DNA of 64,000 nt, taken from Hypanus sabinus. Its lineage: Eukaryota. A program made the translations under genes and the position numbers. Positions 48,500 through 62,134 of this stretch are shown here, in pieces. The first letter of the stretch is position 1; each line of letters starts with the position of its first letter. Location: positions 169,880,001 to 169,944,000 of the forward strand of contig NC_082710.1 of the NCBI RefSeq assembly GCF_030144855.1, in the 5' to 3' direction. Below the pieces are notes generated by a model, which searched no databases, was not told the DNA's origin, and saw only the letters and a program-made list of their open reading frames with translations.

Positions 48500-49870
48500 T
48501 GGGACAGTTGGGACAAAGGACCTGTTTCTTGCTGCATGATTCTACAACTCTGTGACTCCAGCTGTGCTTCAGACTACTGCACATCTTGCTGTGAACAGCC
48601 TCTGGGCTCTGGAGTCTCTCGGGGACAGTTTCATGTCTGGAAAAGTTTTCCAGCACCATTGGAAATCCCACCAGGGCATCAAGGTACAAGTTTCTCACTG
48701 GACACTAATAATGGAAATGGGCCAAATATTCTACTCCAGCTATACCTCTCTTTTCAGTGCAGCAGTAATTTGGAAGAAATTTCTACACGCATTATTCCAT
48801 GCTATAGAAGAGATAGTGAAAGGGAGATCCCTCGAGTCGAGTATGATGCTCACAGTGGTTGCCTATTGAAGGGTCCCCAAGGCCAGTCCAGGATCCACAT
48901 ATTCTGGGTTGTGGATAGTGGTTTTCGCAACTGCCGCTTGTTCCCTGCAGCACAGCAACATCTTAAACAGATTTCCTCCAGATGTATCCTGACACTGAGT
49001 GCAAACTTTCCAGTTTTTAAATGGAATGTTGAATTTCTTCAGACTGATTTTGATGTTATCCTTGGAGTGTTTTCTTTGTGCATCAGAGGCTCTGAGCTTT
49101 CTTCAACTGGGAGTAAAGGATCTGTTTGGGGCAACAAGAGTCAGGCGTCCAGGTGACATGACCTATCTGTCAGAGTTGGTGATACTTCATCATGGTGGAA
49201 ATGTTGTTCATGTTGACCTTCTCTTGTATGCTGGTGGCCTTCCATCTGATCCTCAAAATCTTTCATATGGATCTTTAGAGATATTGCTCCAGGGCTTTTA
49301 GGTAGTCAGAGAAGGATAAAGAGGCATTGAGTGAACTCTTTGTAAATAATGACAGAAACAGGATGATTGCACAAGCTGAAATCCATCTGCCTTCACTGAA
49401 TGCTGAAGGCTAGTGGCTCATTATTCAGCACATGGCCCATTGTCAACACAACCAGACAAATCAGGGCATGCTGGCTTTCCAAGGAAAATTGCGGAGTGTA
49501 AACAAGCCCACAACATTCTTTATATTTAATTTCTTGCATAAGCATAAAGAAAGTAGGAGAGAGGAAAAGTATAGATGGTTTACTTCCCACACAAAGGTGA
49601 CTCTGATTTTCTGATGAACGGCTTGCATAAACTTTTCGGAGGAACTTGATATCTGTCTGTGACATCAGTGGAGATTGTTGGTCACAGGAGATGTTTTTAA
49701 GTATCCAGTGACTGGCAGATCTCAGGATGTGGGAGAACAAGCTAAAGGATGCTCTGAAGCTTGGTGCAGTCAATAGGAGTGCTCTGTAAGGAAGTACCAC
49801 AAGGTGCTAACATCACTGGGCACTGAAGGACTGTGTCCTATGGGACAACCTTTCAAACACATACGTGAAG
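48500..49870 (-). mobile_element. RTE-clade LINE fragment, decayed
   Basis: Minus-strand remnants (LLTAPSFRASFS, LLRWSITNSDR.., SIILDSRDLPFT-like); boundaries approximate. Confidence 0.45.
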
Positions 49871-51559
49871 AACAGGAGGATGACTAAAGTGAGGGTAGGA
49901 CTGCTCAGGTATAGAAGAGAAAGCATGCCTGGAGTCAGAGGAGCTAGTGGAGATCCTTAATGTGTACTTTGCTTCGGTATTCAGCAGTGAGGGGGACCTT
50001 GCCAATAGTGAGGTCACCGTAGAAAAGACTGATATGTCGGAACTTTTCGGCATTAAGAACTTCTAAAGATTAAGATTAATCATTAAGATTAAGCATTAAG
50101 ATTAAGAAAAAACAAAAATCATTAAAAAAAAATTCTTCACTCAGAGGATCGTGAGAGGGTGGAATGAGCTGCCAGCACATGTCGTGCATGTGAGTTTGAC
50201 TTCAACATTTAAAAAAGTTTGGACAGGTACACGAATGGTAGGGGTAAGGGGGCTAAGGTCCCGGTGCAGGTCAATGAGAGTAGGCAGCTTAAATGTCTTG
50301 GCACGGACTTGATGGACCAAAGGGCCTGTTTCTGTGCAATACTTTTCTATGGGTCTAATAAATGCCAAGGGCCAGGAGGGATATACCCCAGTAGAAGCAA
50401 GGGAAGAGATTACTACATGCTTAGAGATGATCTTTGCATCCTTAATGGCCTTAGGAGTGGCACTAGCTGAATGGAAGATGACAAATGCTATTCCTTTGTC
50501 CAAGAAAGGTAATAGGAATAACTCTAGTAATTATAGACCAATGAGTCTTATGTCAGTGGCAAGCAAGATATATCCAGAACTAAGGAGATGCCCTGCTTCT
50601 TCAGAGAAAGGAGCTTCCCTTCCTCCAACATCAACGCTGCCCTCAACCACATCTCCTCCTTTTTGTGCACGTCTGCCCTCACCCCATCCTCCTGCCACCC
50701 CACCAGGGATAGGGTTCCTCTTGTCCTCACCTGTAACCCCACCAGCCTCTGTGACCAGCACATAATTCTCCGTATCTCCAGCAGGGTCCCACCACCAAGC
50801 ACATCTTTCCCTCTCCCCGCACTTTCTGCTTTCAACAGGGATTGCTCCCTACGTGACCAATAATCAGTCCAGGCCTTCAGACTGATTAATTCATAGTGAC
50901 ACAGTTGTATTTCTGTTATATTGACTGTCCTGTTGTACATACTATTTATTACCAATGACTACAAATTGCACATTTAGACGGAAACGTAACATAAAGATTT
51001 TTACTCCTTTTGTATGTGAAGGATGTAAGAAATGAAGTCAATTCAATTCAATTTGGAATCCCACACTGCACCGGAATATGTGGATCCCAAATTGGCCTCC
51101 ACAGGCACTTGAAATCCCAACAAGAGACAATTCCTTAGGAGAATGTCATACTCGACTTGGGTGAGAGCACTACTATTACTAATTATACAGTTTTCAGATA
51201 CTTAAACCAATTCTTGCTGTGTAAATGAAACAGCAATTTTAGGGCTCAGGAAAAGAGAGAGGAACAAACCCTAATGGCCATCTCAATAGGGCAGTGCACT
51301 GAGTGACTTTGTTGGGTAATACAACAGAAATAATTCTTTAAACAGTCATTTTGCATCATTCAAAGTAAATTTATTATCAAAGTACATTATGTCACCACAT
51401 ACAACCTGGGATTCATTTTTTTTGCCTGCATACTCAATAAATCCATAATAGAATCAGTGAAAGACCACACCAACTCAGGCATTCAACCACTATGCAAGAC
51501 AAGAAACTGTGCAAATACAAAAAGAAAGATATAATAACATAAATAAAAGAAAGATCTAA

Positions 51560-52670
51560 TAATAAGTATCAAGAACATGAGATAGAGAGTCCTTGAAAGT
51601 GAGTCCGAAGGTTGTGGAAACATTCCAATGATGGGGCAAATGGAGTTGACTTTGGTTCAGGAGCCTGGTGGTTGAAGGGTAATCACTGTCACTGATCCTG
51701 GTGCTGTGGGTCTGAAAGCTCTTGTACCTTCTTACCAATGCCAGCAGCGAGATGGGAGCATGACCTAAGTGGTGAGCCTCTCTGATGATGGATGCTGCTC
51801 TCCTGTGACACTTCATGCCGATGTGCTCAATAGTGGGGCTTTAGCCATGATGACCTGAGTCGCATTCACTCCTTTTTGTAGGATTTTTCATTCAATGGCA
51901 TTGGTGGTCCCATACCAGGCCATGGTGCAGCCACTTAATATTCTCTCCACTACGCATCTATAGAAGTTTTTTCAAATTTTTAGATAATAACAAATCTTCA
52001 CAAATTCCTAAGGGAGAAGAGGTGCTTCCGTGCTTTCTTTATAGTTGCCCTTACGTGCTGGGCTCAGGACAGGTCATTGGAAATGATAACACCGAGGAAT
52101 TTAAAGTTGATTCCCTTTTCTACCTCTGATCCTCCAATGAGGACCGGCTCATGAGCCTCTGGTTTCCTCCTCCCGAAGTCAATAATCAGCTCCTTGGTCT
52201 TGCTGACACTGAGTGAGAGGTTATTGTTGCAGGAACACTCAGCCAGATTTTCAATCTCCCTCCTTTAGGCTAATTCATCACCACCTTTGATTCAGCCAAC
52301 AACAGTGGTGTCATCGGCAAACTTAGATCCGGCATTGGAGCTGTAATTAGCCACACAGTCATAAGTGTAATGAGAGTAGTGCACACAGCCTTGTAGTGCA
52401 CCTGTGTTGATGGAGATTGTGGAGGAAGTGTTATTGACAATCCAATCTGACTGGGGTCTGCAATTGAGGATTCAATTGCAGTAGGAGGTACTGAGGCCAA
52501 GGTTTTGAAGCTTGTTGATTAGTTTTGAGGGGATGATGGTAGTGAATGCGGAGCTGTAAGGTTGCATGAAGAGCCAATGAGATGGAATTTGCTCATTTCC
52601 TGTTGCTCTGGTAGGCAAATTGGAGCAGATCCAAGTTGCTTCTCATGCAGGAGTTGATATGGTTCATCCT
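51560..52670 (-). mobile_element. Rex1/Babar-type LINE RT 3' part
   Basis: KFADDTT-like (aagtttgccgatgacaccac), NVSKTKEL, KFLGV, DSDYPSTTRLLN motifs on the minus strand. Confidence 0.7.
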
Positions 52671-52935
52671 CATTCATTTAACAAGATTAATTCTGAGAAA
52701 ATGCAACAAGTCATTTACAGTTTAACGCATTGAAACAATTCCCAAAACAGTCACATCCCAAGTAGTGTGCTCATGGCTCTAAATGTCAGCCTGGGGTGTA
52801 ACAGCAGACGAGGAGCTGGCTGAGTACCTGTGAAGCCAATGTCAGAATAATATCGGACTCTGTTCTTATTGTGGTTTGTGGCGAGTTTATCAGTCGACCA
52901 ACAGCAAAGCCAAATTTAGGGTCAAGCTTATTGTC

Positions 52936-55900
52936 ATATAACCATATAACAATTACAGCACGGAACCAGACCATCTCGGCCCTTATAGTCCGTGCCGAAT
53001 GCTTACTCTCACCTAGTCCCGCTGACCTGCACTCAGCCCAGAACCCTCCATTCCTTTCCTGTCCATATACCTATCCAATTTTACTTTAAATGACAATATC
53101 GAACCTGCCTCTACCACTTCTACTGGAAGCTCGTTCCACACAGCTACCACTCTCTGATTAAAGAAATTCCCCCTCGTGTTACCCCTAAACTTTTGCCCCC
53201 TAACTCTCAACTCATGTCCTCTTGTTTGAATCTCCCCTACTCTAAATGGAAAAAGCCTATCCACGTCAACTCGATCTATCCCCCTCATAAATTTAAATAC
53301 CTTTATCAAGTCCCCCCCCCCTCAACCTTTTACGCTCCAAAGAATAAAGACCTAACTTGTTCAACCTTTCTCTATAACTAAGGTGCTGAAACCCAGGTAA
53401 CATTCTAGTAAATCTTCTCTGTACTCTCTCTATTTTGTTGACATCTTTCCTATAATTCGGTGACCAGAACTGTACACAGTACTCCAAATTTGTCCTTACC
53501 AATGCCTTGTACAATTTTAATACAACATCCCAACTCCTATACTCAATGCTCTGATTTATAAAGGCCAGCATACCAAAAGCTTTCTTCAACACCCTATCCA
53601 CATGAGATTCCACCTTCAGGGAACTATGCACCATTATTACTAGATCACTCTGTTCAACTGCATTCTTCAATGCCCTACCATTTACCATGTATGTCCTATT
53701 TTGATTATTCCTACCAAAATGTAGCACCTCAAACTTATCAGAATTAAACTTCATCTGCCATCGTTCAGCTCACTTTTCTAACTGGCTTAAAATTCTCTGC
53801 AAGCTTTGAAAACCTACTTCATTATCCACAAAGCCACCCACCTTAGTATCATCTGCATACCTACTAATCCAATTTACCACCCCATCATCCAGATCATAAT
53901 GTATATGACAAACAACATTGGACCCAGTACAGATCCCCGAGGCACACCATTAGCCACCAGCCTCCAACCTGACAAACAGTTATCCACCACTACTCTCTGG
54001 CATCTCCCATCCAGCCACTGTTGAATCTATTTTACTACTTTAATATTAATACCTAAAGATTGAACCTTCCTAACTAACCTTCCATGCGGAACCTTGTCAA
54101 AGGCCTTACTGAAGTCCATATAGACAACATCCACTGCTTTACCCTCGTCAACTTTCCTCGTAACCTCTTCAAAAAATTCAATAAGATTTGTCAAACATGA
54201 CCTTCCATGCACAAATCCATGTTGACTGTTCCTAATCAGACCCTGTCTATCCAGATAATTATATATACCATCTCTAAGAATACTTTCCATTAATTTACCC
54301 ACCTCTGACGTCAAACTTACAAGCCTATGATTGCTAGGTTTACTCTTAGAACCCTTTTTAAACAATGGAACAACATGAGTAATACACCAATCTTCCAGCA
54401 CCATCCCCGTTTCTAATGACATTTGAAATATTTCTGTCAGAGCCCCTGCTATTTCTACGCTAACTTCCCTTAAGGTCCTAGAGAACATCCTGTCAGGATC
54501 TGGAGATTTATCAACTTTTATACTCCTTAAAAGCGCCAGTACTTCCTACTCTTTAATTGTCATAGTTTCCATAACTTCCCTACTTGTTTCCCTTACCTTA
54601 CACAATTCAATATCCTTCTCCTTAGTGAATACCGAAGAAAAGAAATAGTTCAAAATCTCCCCCATCTCTTTCGGCCCCACACATAGCTGTCCACTCTGAT
54701 TCTCTAAGGGACCAATTTTATCCCTCACTATCCTTTTGCTATTAATATAACTGTAGAAACCCTTTGGATTTATTTTCACCTTACTTGCCAAAGCAACCTC
54801 GTATCTTCTTTTAGCTTTTCTAATTTCTTCCTTAAGATTCTTTTTACATTCTTTATATTTCTTGAGCACCTCATTTACTCCATGCTGCCTCTAGTTATTG
54901 CAGATCGCTCTCTTTTTCCAAACCAATTTTCCAATATTCCTTGAAAACCATGGCTGTCTCAAACTTTTAACCTTTCCTTTCAACCTAACAGGAACATAAA
55001 GATTCTGTACCCTCAGAATTTCACTTCTAAATGACCTCCGTTTCTCTATTACATCCTTCCCATAAATCAAATTGTCCCAATCCACTCCTTCTAAGTCCTT
55101 TCGTATCTCCTCAAAGTTAGCCTTTCGCCAATCAAAAATCTCAACCCTGGGTCCAGTCCTATCCTTCTCCATAATTATATTGAAACTAATGGCATTGTGA
55201 TCACTGGACCTGAAGTGCTTCCCAACACATACCTCCGTTACCTGACCTATCTCATTCCCTAACAGGAGATCCAACATTGCCCCTTCTCTAGTTGGTACCT
55301 CTATGTATTGCTGCAAAAAACTATCCTGCTCGCATTTTACAATCTCCAAATCATCCAGCCCTTTTACAGTATGGGCTTCCCAGTCTATGTGTGGAAAATT
55401 AAAATCTTCCACAATCACAACCCTGTGCTTACTACAAATATCTGCTATCTCCTTACAAATTTGCTCCTCCAATTCTCGCTCCCCATTAGGTGGTCTATAA
55501 TACATCCCTAAAGTGTTATTACACCTTTCTCATTCCTCAATTCTACCCAAACAGCTTCCCTAGATGAGCCCTCTAATCTATCCTGCCAGAGCTCCGCTGT
55601 AATATTTACTCTGACAAGCAATGCAGCACCTCCCCCTCTTGTCCCTCCGCTTCTATCACACCTGAAGCAATGAAATCCAGGAATATTTAGTTGCCAATCA
55701 CACCCCTCCTGCAACCATGTTTCACTAATAGCTATAACATCATATTTCCATCAATCCATACTCTCTCATCCACCTTTCCTACAATGCTCCTAGCATTAAA
55801 ATAAATGCATTCTTCCTTCTCCCATACATCTGTTCTTACACTCTGGTCCCCTCCCCCCTTGTATCTAGTTTAAATCCACTGGAGCCTCTCTAGCACACCT

Positions 55901-57950
55901 ACCTGCAAGAATATTTGTCCTCCTCCAGTTCAGATGTAAACGGTCCCGCCGGAACAGGTTCCACCTTCCCTGAAAAACTGCCCAATTATCTATAAATCTG
56001 AAGCCCTCCCTCCTGCACCATGTCTTCAGCCACATGTTGATCTGCGCTACCTTACTATTTCTAAACCCGCCTGCATGTGGCATTGGTAGCAATCCTGAGA
56101 TTACTATCCTGGAGGGCCTGTCCTTTAACTTGGCACCTAACTCCCTAAACTCACCTTTCAGGACCTTCTCGCTCTTCCTACCCATGTGATTGGTCCCTTA
56201 CATGGATCACGACATCCGGCTGCTCACCCTCCCTCTTGAGAATACTGAGTACTCGATCCGAGATATTGCAGACCCTGGCACCTGGGAGGCAACAGACCAT
56301 CCGGGATTCTCAATCTCTTCCAGAAAACCTCCTATCTGTCTAACTATCACATCCCCTATCACTACTGCTCCTCTCTTTTCCCTCCTTCCCTTCTGAGCTG
56401 AGGGTCCAGTCTCGATGCCAGAGACACAACCACTGCATCTTGTCCCTGGTAGGTTTTCCCCACCAACAGTATCCAAAATGATATACTTATTATTGATGGG
56501 AATGGCCACAGGGGTGCTCTGCTCATTCTGTCTAATCGCTTTCCCTCTGCTGGGTGAGAAGCTGACAGTGATGCAGGTGGATGCTTCCACCGGTGTCATG
56601 GATTATTGATTACCTGACTGGCAGACCACAGTACATGCGCTTGCAACACTGTGTGTCAGGCAGAGTGGTCAGCAGCTCTGGGGCTCCACAGGGGACTGTC
56701 CTGTCTCCATTTCTCTTCACCATCTACACCTCAGACTTCAACTACTGCACAGAGTCTTGCCATCTTCAGAAGTTTTCTGATGACTCTGACATAATTGAAT
56801 GTATCAGCAAGGGAGATGAGGCTGAATACAAGGCTACGATGGAAAACTTTGTTACATAGTGTGAGCAGAATCATCTGCAGTTTAATGTGAAAAAGACTAA
56901 GGAACTGGTGGTGGACCTAAGGAGGGCTAAGGCACTGGTGACCCCTGTTTCCATCCGAGGGTTCAGTGTGGACATGGTGGGGGATTACAAATACCTGGGG
57001 ATACGAATTGTCAATAAACTGGACTGGTCAAAGAACACTGAGGCTGTCTACAAGAAGGGTCAGAGCTGTCTCTATCTCCTGAGGAGACTGAGGTCCTTTA
57101 ACATCTGCCGGACGATGCTGAGGATGTTCTACGAGTCTGTGGTGGCCAGTGCTATCATGTTTGCTGTTGTGTTCTGGGGCAGCAGGCTGAGGGTAGCAGA
57201 CACCAACAGAATCAACAAACTCATTCATAAGGCCAGTGATGTTGTGGGGGTGGAAATGGATTCTCTGACGATGGTGTCTGAAAAGAGGATGCTGTCCAAG
57301 TTGCATGCCATCTTGGACAATGACTCCCATCCACTCCATAATGTACTGGTTAGGCACAGGAGTACATTCAGCCAGAGACTCATTCCACCGAGATGTAACA
57401 CTGAGCATCATAGGAAGTCATTCCTGTCTGTGGCCAACAAACTTTACAACTCCTCCCTCAGAGTGTCAGACACTCTGAGCCAATAGGCTGGTCCTGGACT
57501 TATTTCCACTTGGCATAATTTACTTATTATTATTTAATTATTTCTGGTTTATTTTGCTATATTTCTACACTATTCTTGGTTGGTGCAACTGTAACAAAAC
57601 CCAATTTCCCTTGGGATCAATAAAGTATGTCTGTCTGTCTGACAGTCACCTAGCTATCTGTCTCCTGTCTCTCAGGGATGACTATCTCGCTGTAACTCCT
57701 GTTTATTTTTCCCTCTGCCTCCCGAATGATCTGAAGTTCATCCAGCTCCAGTTCCAGTTCCCTAACACGATTTGTCAGGAGCTGCAGCTGGATGCACCTT
57801 TTGCAGGTGTAGTCATCAGGGACAGCTGTGCTCACCCTGACTTCCCACGTACTGCAAACAGAGCACTCAACTGCCCTAACTGCTGCCTCCAATACCTACT
57901 CCTAAGGTAATTAAAGGAGCTTACCTGGCCTTACCTCACTTGGAGTGAAT
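52936..57950 (-). mobile_element. Near full-length CR1 LINE (ORF1 zinc finger + SGNH esterase; ORF2 APE + RT), disrupted and interrupted by a Rex1 insertion
   Basis: CSVCSTWEV..CKRC (57892-57650), GDVIVR and RDRLHLN esterase motifs, YYRPPN, EDFNFPHIDW, SDHN, SQHGFVHGRSCLTNL, YADDTK, FFNQRVVAVWNELP; (ATGGTTAT)n tail at ~52936. Confidence 0.93.
56549..57640 (+). mobile_element. 5'-truncated Rex1/Babar LINE inserted into CR1 ORF1
   Basis: GAPQGTVLSPFLFTIYT, KFSDD, YKYLG, KKGQSCLYLLRRLRSF (ORFs 56581-56859, 56887-57486); AATAAA + (GTCT)n tail; flanks rejoin CR1. Confidence 0.88.
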
Positions 57951-58587
57951 GCACAATAATAAATATGCACGTACATGCATGTAGAGAGGCAATGAAAAAA
58001 TTTGCCTGTAGGCCTGTAGCTTCAGAAAAGCTACATATTCATAAGAAAAGTATGAAAGAAACATAGATTATACATTAGCCTGGCAAGAAAGGACACAATT
58101 AGTGGAAAAAGAATAGAAGTCCATTTTACTTCAAGGTTGTTATAGCGTTGCTAACCTGCGGTGATTAGGGTCGTTCCAATTGGTTCAAGAACTAAGTAGT
58201 TTGTAAGCACAGGAGACTGCATCAAGAAGCAATGCTGATGCACAGTTGGAGAACCAAGGATGCACTGGTGACAGGAAAAGTGCATTCGATGTGCCTGCTA
58301 AATGTGTGTGTTGTGCTATGGTTTCTCACTGTCAGATTCTACTGCAAACTAGCAAGTGAATCTCCATGGAATGCACCTTGCCTGTACACTGCTCACATTG
58401 GTCTTTGGCTTCATAGATTTTTTGGTCCTGGGTAGGGTTCAGGATTTGGGATGAGATATCCAAGATGTTGGAGGAGAGTGCCCAGGCCCTGAAAGGAGGG
58501 GTCTGGCCTTTGAGGTGAGTGCTACAAGCTGAAAGGGTAGGGTTGCTGTTAGCTTAAAGTATAGATTCTCTTGGCTACATTGTGACA

Positions 58588-59197
58588 TGTGAATAAGAAC
58601 TTCTAAGGAAGGGTAAATTCCAGAGTCTGTGTTCCAGGAAATTAAACTGACGTAGCTGATGATCTTGACGCTGAAAACTCAGACTTGTTCTCCAACCATA
58701 CTTTATTTACTTGTGCACAAGGAGATCAGCATGGTCCCTATCACAGCACTGTTCTAAAGTTTGAACAGGTAAAAGAATTTTTATACAAAACTGAACAGCA
58801 GTTTTTTTAACTAAAAGTTATGGATATTAACTATTGGGTAAACTGTACATACTTGAATTTCTTACTTGCAAGATCAATTGTCATCACAGTACAGTTGTTA
58901 AATTAAAGGTTGCATGACACTTTGAAGTTAGTTAAGTAATTGTCCCTTAATTGGTGCGTGTTCCCTTAGAATCCTTCGGTAACTTTTTTATCTTATCTCA
59001 GCAAACCAAAATAGCTCTTATGTCCTGCCCCTCAGAAGATAAGCTATGTTTATCAAATACTTCACTTCAAAGGACTCCCCTGCCAGGGTTCTCCATTCTT
59101 TATCTGCTATTTATTCTTGCCTGGGCATTAATTAACCCTTAACTTGCTGCAGTTTCCTTAAAGCTACAGTGCACCATAAATTATATATTTGTTCACA
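58588..59197 (-). mobile_element. Putative solo LTR
   Basis: TGTGAA..TTCACA termini; minus-strand TATAAAAA (~58780) followed by AATAAA (~58705); no TSD found. Confidence 0.35.
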
Positions 59198-59280
59198 TAT
59201 GAGAGTAGAGTCTCACACAATTAGCTTAGTGTGAAAGGGCTTGCAGTTTCTCACACATTTTGTTTTTTACAAAAGAAAAC

Positions 59281-59375
59281 TACAGAGGTACTTAATAAAG
59301 TGGCCACTGAGTGTATGTTCATTGTCTTCTACTGCTGTAGACCATTCACTTCAAGGCTTGATACGTTGTGCATTC
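59281..59375. mobile_element. Tc1/mariner-like terminal fragment
   Basis: taataaagtggccactgagtgta resembles a Tc1 TIR end (recall). Confidence 0.4.
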
Positions 59376-62132
59376 CAGGTCCTGGTAAATGATGTTCTCA
59401 GGAACAAGTTGAACCAATTTGTTTTTGTGTATCTCAACGACATTTTGATTTTTTCTGAGTCCCTCGCTGAATACACAGGTCACGTCCACAGAGTTCTCCA
59501 GCACCCTCTGGAGATGCAGCCATTTGTGAAGGCTGAGAAATGTGAGTTTCATCGCAATACAGTCTCCTTCCTGGGGTATGTAATTTCAGGCTGCTCTATT
59601 CAGATGGAGCAACAGAAGGTCAAGGCGGTGGCCCAATGGCCCCAGTTCACGACTCGTCGGGAGCTGCAACGCTTCTTGGGCTTCGTTAATTTCTATCGCC
59701 GCTTCATCAGAAATCACAGTACGCTGGCTGCACCACTCACTTCTCTTACCTCATCCGCTGTAAGATTCACCTGGTCCACTGTTGCTGAAAAAGCTCTGAC
59801 CTGAGGGAACGTTTCACCTCTGCCCCCATCCTGATTGAACCCGACACCGACCGGCAGTTCATTGTGGAGGTGTATGCGACTGACTTTGGTATAGTAGCTG
59901 TTCTCGTTCAGCACTTGGCCAAGGATGAGTAGGTACACCCTTGCGCCTTCTTCTCTCACCGCCTCACTCCCACGGAGCGGAATTACGATGTCGGAAACCG
60001 GGAGCTGTTGGCTCTGGAGGAGTGGAGGCATTGTCTGGATGGAGCAAAGCTGCTATTGTTAGTCTCGACTGAGCACAAGAATCTGGAATATATCCATACT
60101 GCCAAGCGTCTCAACTCCCGTCAAGCTCGTTGATCCCTGTTTTTCTCAATATTCAATTTTACTCTGTCCTTCCGCGCCGGTTCCAAGAATGTAAAACCTG
60201 ATGCCCTCTCCCGAAAATGTCCTTCCTTTGCGACCCCTGGGGTACCCAATGTCGTCCTCCCTGCTCACTGTGTCGTGGGTGCAGCGCAATGGGACATTGA
60301 AGCCATGGTGTAAGCTGCTCAGCGGAGCGAGGCAGCCCCTAGTCAGTGCTCCACTAACCGTGTTTATGCTCCCAGCTCTGTCTGCTCACAGGTATTACAG
60401 TGGGGTCATTCTTCCCGGTTATCCTGTCACCCTGGAAGCAAGCGAACTCAGGCCTTCATCGGTCGGCAGTTCTGGTGGCCCTCCATGGGAGATGGCTTCT
60501 GCAACTTTGTCACAGCCTGTGCTCAAGGCAAGAACTCTAACCGGTCACCTGCTGGCCTGTTACAATCCCTGTCTGTCCCCAAGAGACCCTGGTTCCACAT
60601 TGCCCTGGATTTTGTCACTGGTCTTCCCCATTAGATATTAACACCATTCTCACAGTAGTTGATCGCTTCTCCAAGTCTGTACACTTCATTCCTGTACCTG
60701 AACCCCCCACCCCCCCACCCCCGGCCAAAGAAACAGCCAAATTACTAGTACCGCATGTTTTAAATTACTTGGTTTACCTGTAAATGTTCTGTCAGACAGG
60801 TGCTCTCAGTCACATCCAACGTCTGGAGGGCATTCTGTAATCTTCTGGGTGCCTCTGTGAGTCTGTCATCAGGATTCCACCCACTGACCAATGGCCAGAC
60901 TGAGCGGGCCAACCAACAGCTAGAGACTGTATTGCGGTGTCTGGTCTTCCAGAACCCCTCCCTATGGAGTCAGCAGCTATCCTGGGCTGAGTACACCATA
61001 AATTTTCATCTGTCCTCATCCACTGGTCGGTCCCCTTTCGAGTGCTGCCTGGGCTGCAAGACTGCACTGTTTCCTGCCCAGGAGGAGGAGGTTGGCGTTC
61101 CATCTGCCGAGGCGTTCATCCGCTGTTGTCAGCGGACGCGGAGACGCTCTGCCCTTCTCCGTGCCTCTGCTAGGATCAAGCGTCAATCTGACCGCCATCG
61201 CTCCAAGGCCCCACGTTACCACCAGGGACAGTGTGTGTGGCATTCAACCCGAGACCTGCCCCTCAAGCTGGATCCCTGCAAGCTTGCCCCTCGCTTCATC
61301 AGTCCCTTTCCCATTGCTAAAGTCATTAGCCCTGCTGCAGTCCGTCTCAGGCCCCCCTCCACTCTCCGTTGCATTCATCCCACCTTCCACGTGTCCCGCA
61401 TCAAGCCTTTCATGAGCACCCCGCTGTGTCCTGATCCCAAACCACACCCCACGGCTCATCGATGGGTCAGAGGCCTTCAGGGTGCGTTGACTTCTGGATG
61501 TTCATCACTGGGGCTGTGGCCTCAGTACCTTGTGGACTGGGAGGGCTACTGTCCTGAAAGAGGTGCTGGGTTCCCACCCATAACATCCTGGGCCCTTCTC
61601 TCATCAGGGATTTTCATTGCCAGCACCCAGCTCTACCTGCTGTGATGCCAGGAAGCGTCCATGGGGGTGGTGGTTACTGTCAGTACCTCCAGTTGAACTC
61701 TTGTCTTTTTGAGTGTTTCCTCCTGGCTGTCAGTCTGTGTTTTGTGTTGCCATGTGCTGCAGTCCCCACTCCTGCCCTACTCCAGCCCCTGTATTACTGA
61801 GTACTCCGTCTCTCATCTGTATTGCTGCCACCCATGTCTCATTGTGCTCCACCTATCATCTGCCTCTCTGTTTATTGCTCAGTGTATTTCAGTCCTGTGT
61901 TTTCACCTGTTTGTTACCAGATTGTGCCAGTGAATTTTCCAGCATTCGTATCTGTACTCTATCTGACTGATTATCGACTCTGTCTGTTTCCTGATTCTGG
62001 TTTTTGGATTTCTCTGGATGTTTTGATCTTTGCCTGAACATTGATGCCAACTTTGTTTGCCCCTTGGGATCCGTTACTCAATTAATATCACTGTGTGCAC
62101 AGTACTGGGTCTGCGATTGGATCTCTGCCACA
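59375..62132 (+). mobile_element. 5'-truncated Ty3/Gypsy chromovirus (Sushi-like): RT, RNase H, integrase, chromodomain, PPT, 3' LTR
   Basis: [87 protein letters not shown]; PPT GGGGGTGGTGG then LTR starting TGT at 61678. Confidence 0.9.
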
Positions 62133-62134
62133 GC

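Noticed and set aside
48536-49156. 206-aa plus-strand ORF as a host gene
   Set aside because: No recognisable domain; overlaps an apparent antisense RTE remnant
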